64,000 nucleotides of DNA from Octopus bimaculoides. Its lineage: Eukaryota. The notes under the pieces were generated by a model, which ran no database searches, was not told the DNA's origin, and was given only the letters and a program-made list of their open reading frames with translations. A program made the position numbers and the translations under genes. Positions 63,771 to 64,000 of the stretch are shown here, piece after piece. Location of the stretch: NCBI RefSeq assembly GCF_001194135.2, contig NC_068988.1, positions 51,482,689 to 51,546,688 of the forward strand, written 5' to 3'. Every line of letters begins with the position of its first letter. Position 1 is the stretch's first letter.

Positions 63771-64000
63771 GGGAGTCAAAGCAAAATGTGCAGAGTTGCA
63801 AACACCAAAAATCAATCTTTCCTCTTCCTTTTAGATTAAAATTTTTTTTTTAATTTCTCAACCACACAGCCATGCTGGAACCTATGCCGGTTTGTGCCTC
63901 AAAGATTACTGAAGTAATGAAGAAAGCTGGCAGGTAGAATCGCAGAAATGATGACTATGACAAATAAGATGATGCTGCTACACCATATATAGATCGGAAG

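Overview
Eukaryotic, AT-rich, repeat-dense draft-assembly DNA with 10 N-gaps. The SINE families and microsatellite load point to an octopus genome; this is my inference, not a database result. The only protein-coding gene I can support is the 3' part of RNF220 (E3 ubiquitin ligase) on the + strand. Twelve coding exons between 5058 and 46632 splice into one uninterrupted 328-aa frame ending in a C3HC4 RING (CLIC...CWHVHCEQC...CPQC...LRRIFL*); the 5' exons lie upstream of the window. One intron (32582-34569) has a U12/minor-spliceosome signature. The remainder is mostly tRNA-derived SINEs, an RTE LINE remnant, hAT and piggyBac-type MITEs, and microsatellites. The supplied ORF track is almost entirely noise. 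The most interesting unexplained signals are: (1) a 150-bp CpG-rich cluster of CRE/E2F/NRF1/ETS motifs inside RNF220 intron 7 that could drive a RING-only isoform; (2) the minor intron; (3) a 3'-truncated U2 snRNA retrocopy with a 17-bp target-site duplication; (4) a perfect 25-bp hairpin near 56.2 kb; (5) a SINE-free, motif-rich block in the 16-kb intron; (6) a 90-bp inverted copy of intronic DNA inserted into a repeat 35 kb away. I found no prokaryote-type system, CRISPR array, rRNA or genuine tRNA.
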